A DNA stretch of 64,000 nt, from assembly GCA_951406725.2 (NCBI GenBank), contig OX597815.1, positions 206,646,001 to 206,710,000 on the forward strand. Reading direction: 5' to 3'. This DNA comes from Octopus vulgaris. Lineage: Eukaryota. A program made the translations under genes and the position numbers. This document shows, one piece after another, positions 56,536 through 64,000 of this stretch. The notes under the pieces are model-generated. The model had not been told where the DNA came from. It did not search any database and saw only the letters and a program-made list of their open reading frames with translations. Position 1 is the stretch's first letter. Every line of letters begins with the position of its first letter.

Positions 56536-56919
56536 TGTAATAGTTAATATTAAATAATGATTTACGTTGGCGATTGAATTTACCACAGTGTTTATCTAGA
56601 TCACATTTTATCTACCGATATTTAATTCTACTGGGATAGAATTTCCCTTTATAGGAGTTAAAAGTAAAACTTCATCCTTGTAGAATTAGAAAACAAATAA
56701 TATAAAAACATATTTATTAATTCCTTGATGACTTCTCTCCTTTACATGCTATTCCTTATCAATTTCCATTTTATTTCAGCCTAAATTTGGTTAACCGAGT
56801 ATCATCTTATATGTGTCTTAGATAATTAGAACCATATTTTAAACACTACGGAGACATGTCAGTACACTTTGAATTCCGGGTTCAACTTGACCTTAAAATA
56901 AAGACATTTATTAGGAAGC

Positions 56920-57115
56920 ATAAATCAAATCACAAGACAAGGCCAGCGGTAATGGGAATAATTTAAAGTAACTCATTAAAGAGAGTAAGCGAAATTTCAG
57001 AAATGTGAAGTCTGATAAGTGACGGCTAGAATATATTATTACCTTGCGCTCCATATCATCATCATCATCATCGTCGTCGTCGTGGTCATCATCATTATAA
57101 TCATCATCATCATCG

Positions 57116-57158
<43 letters not shown>

Positions 57159-57391
57159 AGTCATTATCATCACGGTCATCACACCATCATGGTCGTCATC
57201 TTCATCATTATCATCGACATCATCTTTGTAATCATCATCATTGTCATCATCCTCTCATCATCGTCATTATCGTCATCATCATCATCGTCGTCGTCACCAT
57301 GATGATGATGATCATCATCGTCATCATCACCACCACCATCATCACCACCACCACCACCACCACCACCACCACCACCACCTACCACAACCAC

Positions 57392-57431
<40 letters not shown>

Positions 57432-57669
57432 GTCGTCGTCCTCATCGTCGTCGTTGTCGTCATCATAATCATGGTCATGATCATCTTCATCATCATTCTA
57501 ACATCCACGTTCCATGCTTGGAAACATAAATCAGATCACAACGTAAGACAGGTTTGCTTTAATCTAAAGCAATTCATTAAACAAAAAGTAAGCAAAATTT
57601 TAGAAATGTTGAAATAAATAAGAATGCGAACTCTGATAAGTGACGGCTGGGAATATGTTATTACCTTGC

Positions 57670-57715
<46 letters not shown>

Positions 57716-57722
57716 AATCACC

Positions 57723-57790
<68 letters not shown>

Positions 57791-57863
57791 TACTATCTTC
57801 ATCATCATCATCATCATTATCATCATCATCATCATCATCATCATCATAATCACCACCACCACC

Positions 57864-57918
<55 letters not shown>

Positions 57919-57941
57919 CTATCTTCATCATCATCATCATT

Positions 57942-57973
<32 letters not shown>

Positions 57974-57986
57974 AATCATCACCACC

Positions 57987-58020
<34 letters not shown>

Positions 58021-58070
58021 TCATCATGATCATCATCGTCATAACGTCCTCGTTCCATACTCACATGCTT
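56920..58070. repeat. Diverged ~600-bp tandem duplication, each unit containing an (ATC)/(ACC)n tract
   Basis: tctgataagtgacggct...attaccttgcgctccat at about 57012 and 57632. Confidence 0.75.
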
Positions 58071-58876
58071 CGGACGGAATTCTTTCACGCAGATACTCTA
58101 GGGTCGGATGCCATACGTCGGTTAATCAATACTTGTAGGGGTACGAATTCTTAAATATCGAAACAAAGAAAATTATCATTTTTTTTTCTTTTATTCATGG
58201 GAAACATGATCTCAGAATTATGAAGAAGCCAAGATTTGAACGATCGTCAAATAACTGAAGCAATTCTATTTTTGATATCCATCGTTGAGAATAACTTAAT
58301 TCTTCAGTACTGCAGAGATCTAAAATTGAACTTATCTCTATCTTCTTTTACTCATACTGCAGATAAGAACATTCTCTCCTAGGAAATTCCATGATGTAAT
58401 CTTATTACTAAATCTCTTGTGTTTAAATACCATTGCAACATTTGTTCCATAGTTGTAGTTTAGCTTATTAATTCTTTTGGAGACAAAAGATGCCACAAGA
58501 TGACTGCACAATATATTTAGATTCCATAGCACTCAACGCTTCACTTGAAATCTGATTAAGAATAGAATTTGTTGCCAGACATAATTTGATAATATTCTTC
58601 GACAGATTATATCGGATATGGCAACCACTCTGGAATTCTTTAGTTTAACTGCCTTAGCCATATTGAGTAGCCTAATTCAATAATTTTGACTTTCGCAGTA
58701 TGAAAAGTATTCCGTCTGATTTTTGTGCTATAAAATATAATAAAGAGTTGTTGAAAAAACATTAACATTTCTAGGATTGAAAAATGAGATAGTTTAGTAA
58801 AGAATATGGAAATTGGTCAGTTTCTGTCAAAGTGGGAACTTCAACAAAAATGCGTAACTAATTTAATGGCATTATA

Positions 58877-58912
<36 letters not shown>

Positions 58913-59346
58913 GCCAAGTTGGACCACTGAAATCTACAAGTTTTTTCTCATTCTCTCTGTGTTTATTTTCTTTTATCCCTTTCTGTCGAAGAGCGTAGGC
59001 TCGAAACGTAAAAGACTTTTTCATTTTTCCCGACCGTCAAACTAATACATTTGCTTGATGTTCATACACCTGTCTTCGTTTTTTGTTTTTCCATAAATTT
59101 CAACTACATAAATATAAATAGTTAGTAGTTAATTAAGCATATGGTATACACCTGGTTAGTTTGCCGGTAAAGCACGTTCATTGTCTATGGCACCTCAACC
59201 AGTTGTACAATATCCTACTCGCGAGGGATCGATGGTAGATGGGTCGAAACGATTGTAGTGTTCAATAAAGTTTGTTGTATATATCATCTTCCGTCTCTCT
59301 CATTATATATATATATATATATATACATACATACATATATATATGT

Positions 59347-59398
<52 letters not shown>

Positions 59399-59526
59399 AT
59401 GTATGTATGTATGTATGTGTATATATATATATATATTAATATATCTAAGTCTCTCTAAAGGAGACTACGGCAGCGGTACTGGATATTAATAGTTATCGCC
59501 AAGCTAACATAGCAGTCCAGAAAAAT

Positions 59527-59860
59527 AGGACGAATGCTGCCGTTGATTAGGCCCAAGAGACCATCGCCTCTAGCTAGCTATATGACACACGAACTTGTGT
59601 CCATTATAGCCTTCGAACAGGGGAGGTCAGCCGCTTCCCCTTGCTGGTCAGGCAACTGCAGACTAGTTTCAGTCTGCAGATGTAGAGCAGCCGAACCCAA
59701 CAGGTGTCGCTACTGACCGTCTGTTCGAAGGATTATTTACCTAAATTCAGTGGAATACATCCACTGGTTTTCAAAAATAGCAATATTAATAGGTTCGTGT
59801 GTCACAAAGCTAGCTAGAGGCGATGGCCTCTTGGAGCAAATCTACAGCAGCATTCGTCCT
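59527..59860. mobile_element. Unclassified GC-rich foldback element with nested inverted repeats
   Basis: 69-bp imperfect arms 59527-59595 and 59792-59860, plus inner IRs. Confidence 0.65.
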
Positions 59861-60984
59861 GTAGCTTTCATTGACGACATCATCTATTTGCTTTGTCTTT
59901 GCCTTCATTGCAATAATCTTTGGAATGCGAGAGGTATTTTATTAAAATTCTCCCGTTTGACCTTGCTTTCTAAAACATATCGTATTAACACTCATAGCAT
60001 TTTTTCTGACTTTAAACACAGACATTTAAAGTTGTATTTAGAATATTTATAATTTCTTTCTAAATAATGTATTAAATAACTATTTACATTTACTAGAATG
60101 CTGCACTTTCTGAGGTTTGAAATGTTTTTACGATAGGAAATATTTTAGTCGTGTAGAATTGGAAGAATTGAAGTCAATTATTCGAAAACTGACTCTTCAG
60201 TCGAATTTCGATTTCTGATCGGAATAATTTGCTTTGGCGCACATCACTGATGCTACTGTAATATTTTTACATTTCCCTTCGGAAAAGTCCATAGACTTAT
60301 TTTAAACCTAAAGAGTAATTTTTCAGAACAATAAACAAATGTACTATATTGTTGATTATAATTTAGATACTTATCTTTATATATTTATTATTTTATAATT
60401 ATTATATGCGAACTAAAATCTAAAAATATTAATAGTGATTGTTTTGTTAAATAATTCGGTAATTAAATATTAGAGTATAACTAGGTTAAAGATATTCTAT
60501 AGTTTATTAATGTTTTTTTTAAGGTAAGCTATATCTTCACAGATAAATACATTTTTCTATCTACTTACTCTATTTTTTTACCCTAAATATTTAACATAAT
60601 AAATGTATTGTAGGAAACTGATCCTAATGTTTTAAGTTTCAAATTTAGTTAATGGAGTTTCTTCTATAATAAAAATTATTCTTTTATTTATTTTTTAAAT
60701 AATTATTCTTTAACTCTATTTGTTTATTTATTTAACTATTATTGTTAACCTGAAGATTGACTATAATTTTAAATTGAATTCATTTCAATTAAATTTAAAT
60801 TTAATTGTAATTCGAATTTAATTATAGCCATGAAACATACGTAGTTTTTTTTTACTTATTATATATTGATTAATTATACTTTTTGTGATCTAGTTATATG
60901 TTTTATAAAAATATATGTTATCTATGTTTTGGTTTATGTCTATCATTGTTTAAATTGCATAATAGTGGTTTTATCTCTAATTCA

Positions 60985-61054
<70 letters not shown>

Positions 61055-61647
61055 TCCGTAATAATGAAGGGTGAAATTAATTAATTTGGAATAATTATCA
61101 ATTACACCAAGTAGTCTTCGGCATGTAAAAGCCTCATTCGAGGAAAATTTAAGTAATACTAAGCAATAAAGGGTTTAGCAACGAATTGCCTTACCACAGA
61201 CCGAATTTAGAAATAGCAGTCAAAGAGTTATAGCTATTTCTTCTACTAAAAGTGAGATCTCAGTAAAAAACACAGCAATTGGAAGGCAGACACAAACAGG
61301 TAAGAGAGAATGAATTGACGGCAATCTATCATACAATTTTAAGTTATCTACGGACGCACGTTTCGAAATCAAGTTTTTAGGAAAGCATGAGAATTAAATA
61401 TTAAATAATTCTACGTTACCCAAACTTCTTTTCACTTCAGCGTAGAATACTATAATCATAAGTGATTATATATTGAATTTTGAGATACTAGAAGGCACCA
61501 ACTCAACTCAGTATCAGAGTGATCCTTTCATTCACACTTTGAGTTTGGTGATACTAGTTGCGGATTCTAGCTCGCTCTGATACTGAGTTGAGTTGGTGCC
61601 TTCTAGTATCTCAAAATTCAATATATAATCACTTATGATTATAGTAT

Positions 61648-61747
61648 TCTACGCTGAAGAGAAAAGAAGTTTGGGTAACGTAGAATTATTTAATATTTAA
61701 TTCTCATGCTTTCCTAAAAACTTGATTTCGAAACGTGCGTCCGTAGA
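61648..61747 (+). ncRNA. Type I hammerhead ribozyme, copy 1
   Basis: TCTACG-CTGAAGA-GAAA[...]TTTC-GAAAC-GTGC-GTC-CGTAGA: 6-bp stem I, intact core, GUC site ending at 61741. Confidence 0.8.
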
Positions 61748-62243
61748 TAACTTAAAATTGTATGATAGATTGCCGTCAATTCATTCTCTCTTACCTGTTT
61801 GTGTCTGCCTTCCAATTGCTGTGTTTTTTACTGAGATCTCACTTTTTAGTAGAAGAAATAGCTATAACTCTTTGACTGCTATTTCTAAATTCGGTCTGTG
61901 GTAAGGCAATTCGTTGCTAAACCCTTTATTGCTTAGTATTACTTAAATTTTCCTCGAATGAGGCTTTTACATGCCGAAGACTACTTGGTGTAATTGATAA
62001 TTATTCCAAATTAATTAATTTCACCCTTCATTATTACGGATAACCATATTTTATCTCAGTAGATGACCATAGCATCTTGTTTTGGCTACACGCGGGTGGG
62101 AAGGGGCTGGTGACACAATCCTTTCATTCACACTTTGAGTTTGGTGATACTAGTTGCGGATTCTAGCTCGCTCTGATACTGAGTTGAGTTGGTGCCTTCT
62201 AGTATCTCAAAATTCAATATATAATCACTTATGATTATAGTAT

Positions 62244-62343
62244 TCTACGCTGAAGAGAAAAGAAGTTTGGGTAACGTAGAATTATTTAATATTTAATTCT
62301 CATGCTTTCCTAAAAACTTGATTTCGAAACGTGCGTCCGTAGA
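62244..62343 (+). ncRNA. Type I hammerhead ribozyme, copy 2
   Basis: Same sequence as copy 1, 596 nt downstream. Confidence 0.8.
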
Positions 62344-62531
62344 TAACTTAAAATTGTATGATAGATTGCCGTCAATTCATTCTCTCTTACCTGTTTGTGT
62401 CCGCCTTCCAATTGCTGTGTTTTTTACTGAGATCTCCCTTTTTAGTAGAAGAAATAGCTATAACTCTTTGACTGCTATTTCTAAATTCGGTCTGTGGTAA
62501 GGCAATTCGTTGCTAAACCCTTTATTGCTTA

Positions 62532-62620
<89 letters not shown>

Positions 62621-63124
62621 CATATATCCTCGTGTTCCTTTCTGTTGAAGAGCGTAGGCTCGAAACTTTAAAGACTTTCTCACTTTCCCGAGTGTCAAAC
62701 TAATGCACCTGATTGTTGTTTATACTCCTGTCTTTGTCTTTTGTTTTTCTGTAAATTTTAACTATATATATATATATATATATATATACATAAATAAAAG
62801 GGCAACCAACCTGAAAATTGGTTATGAAGCCAGCACATAAGTTTGAATATGCGCTCCGACTCTTTTCACACTCGAGACTGGTGCATCCAAAACTGTCTGT
62901 GACCTTTTTTGCAGGTTATCCAAGCCATGAAGGGCCCTGCGTCCTGTGGAACATAATCCTTTAAATGGCAACAGAGTTCCTACTTGATCTTTGATGTATT
63001 TAGGATCCCTCGAAGTAAATCGGAAGTATGTGAGATATCAGTCACTTTTCCAAACTACAATAAAGTCAGAAGCCTTCGTGAAGATAGATTCTTTCTTTGA
63101 GAGGATGGAAAACAAGCATAGGTG

Positions 63125-63980
63125 TAGGCATAGCGATATGGTGAGAAGTTTACTTCTCAACGGTTTGGCTCCGGTCTTAGTTCCACTGCATGGCACCTTG
63201 GACAAATGTCTTCTACTATAGTCCTGGGCTGACCAAAGCCTTATCAGTGGATTTGATGTATGTGTGCGCGTGCATGAATGTGTGTGTGTGTGTGTGTGTG
63301 TGTGTCTTTGTGCCCGAGTTTGTCCCCCATCACTGCTTGATATCCAATGTTGGTGTGTTTATGTTCCCGTAATATGAGCGGTTTCAGCAAAAGTGACCGG
63401 TAGAATAATTACCAGGTTTTGAAAAAAATAAGAACAGGGGTCGATTCATTTGACTAAAATTTCCTCAAGACGATGTCTCAGCATGGTCGCAGTCTAATGA
63501 CTTTAACATGTAAAAGATAAAATATGAAAGAAGTGTCGTTTACAATAATTCTTCCTTCGAGATGTATAAGGCGCGAAATCTTTGTGGTGGAAGGGACTAG
63601 TCAATTATATCGACCCAGTTCCATCTAGTATTCGTTTTATCAGCACTGAAAGGCTGGAAGGCAGAGTCAACCTCAGCAGAATTTGAACTCAGAACGTAAA
63701 ACTGAAAGAAATGACTCTAAGCATTTTGTCCAGAGCGCTATCAATTCTGCCAGCTCGCCATAATCTTTTTTTAAACTTTGGTAGACAGTCAACAATTTTA
63801 GTAGGAGTTGAAGTCGATTATAGCGACCCTAGTGCTCAACAGGCCATTTTTTATCGTTCCCGAAAGGATACAAGGCAAAGCCTACCTCAACATCATTTGA
63901 ACTTAGCATAAAGAGCCGGATACATATGCTGCTGGTCAATTTGACCCGCGTGGGAACGATTCTGCCATCTCGCCGCCTTA
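63125..63980. mobile_element. Diverged SINE B (+, about 63125-63520) and SINE A copies (-, about 63570-63980)
   Basis: ccactgcatggcaccttggacaaatgtcttc; gaatttgaactcagaacg; ctgccatctcgccgcctt. Confidence 0.65.
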
Positions 63981-64000
63981 GGTTAACAAAATACTCCTTT

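Larger units (their letters stand above)
61051..62534 (+). mobile_element. ORF-less Penelope-like/retrozyme element: inverted ~470-bp copy plus 1.7 tandem 596-bp units, inserted in (TA)n
   Basis: 61051-61522 is the reverse complement of 61572-62044; 61522-61938 repeats directly at 62118-62534; (TA)n on both flanks. Confidence 0.85.

Noticed and set aside
57054-58040. Poly-His/Asp/Met ORFs
   Set aside because: Products of (ATC)/(ACC)n repeats.
60290-60990. Extremely AT-rich stretch faintly resembling mitochondrial 12S rRNA (NUMT)
   Set aside because: Conserved 12S motifs (TTGGCGG, GTGCCAGC, CGCCCGTC) are absent and landmark spacing does not fit. BLAST against the mitogenome would settle it.
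61722-62500. Duplicated 60-aa ORFs (61722-61904, 62318-62500)
   Set aside because: TTG starts, no domain; a consequence of the 596-bp repeat.

Overview
Repeat-dense, AT-rich animal genomic DNA, most likely an octopus (inferred from the tRNA-derived SINE families and very abundant TA/CA/TCTA/AAT microsatellites). Two genes are supported: (1) the 5' half of a minus-strand SLC16/monocarboxylate-transporter-like MFS gene with four in-phase coding exons (19512-19400, 10105-9876, 6312-6169, 1442-1133) that apparently continues past the left edge; (2) a minus-strand U2 snRNA (about 45190-45379) with substitutions in its Sm site and loop IV, lying between two co-oriented non-autonomous Helitrons. The rest is transposable-element debris (three SINE families; RTE, CR1/L2-group and Dong/R4 LINE relics; mariners; MITEs; Kolobok-like and Chapaev-like transposase relics; Helitron/Helentron elements) plus a ~9 kb tandem array that grades from (CCAT)n into a 143-bp satellite and ends at a 100-N gap. 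The most striking structure is a set of ORF-less, mostly (TA)n-associated, Penelope-type hammerhead-ribozyme elements. These include a 596-bp tandem unit with two intact type I hammerheads and a ~470-bp inverted copy (61051-62534), snap-back hairpins that turn inside the ribozyme, and a family with a fixed non-canonical core. All calls were made by eye; family names and activities need database and experimental confirmation.
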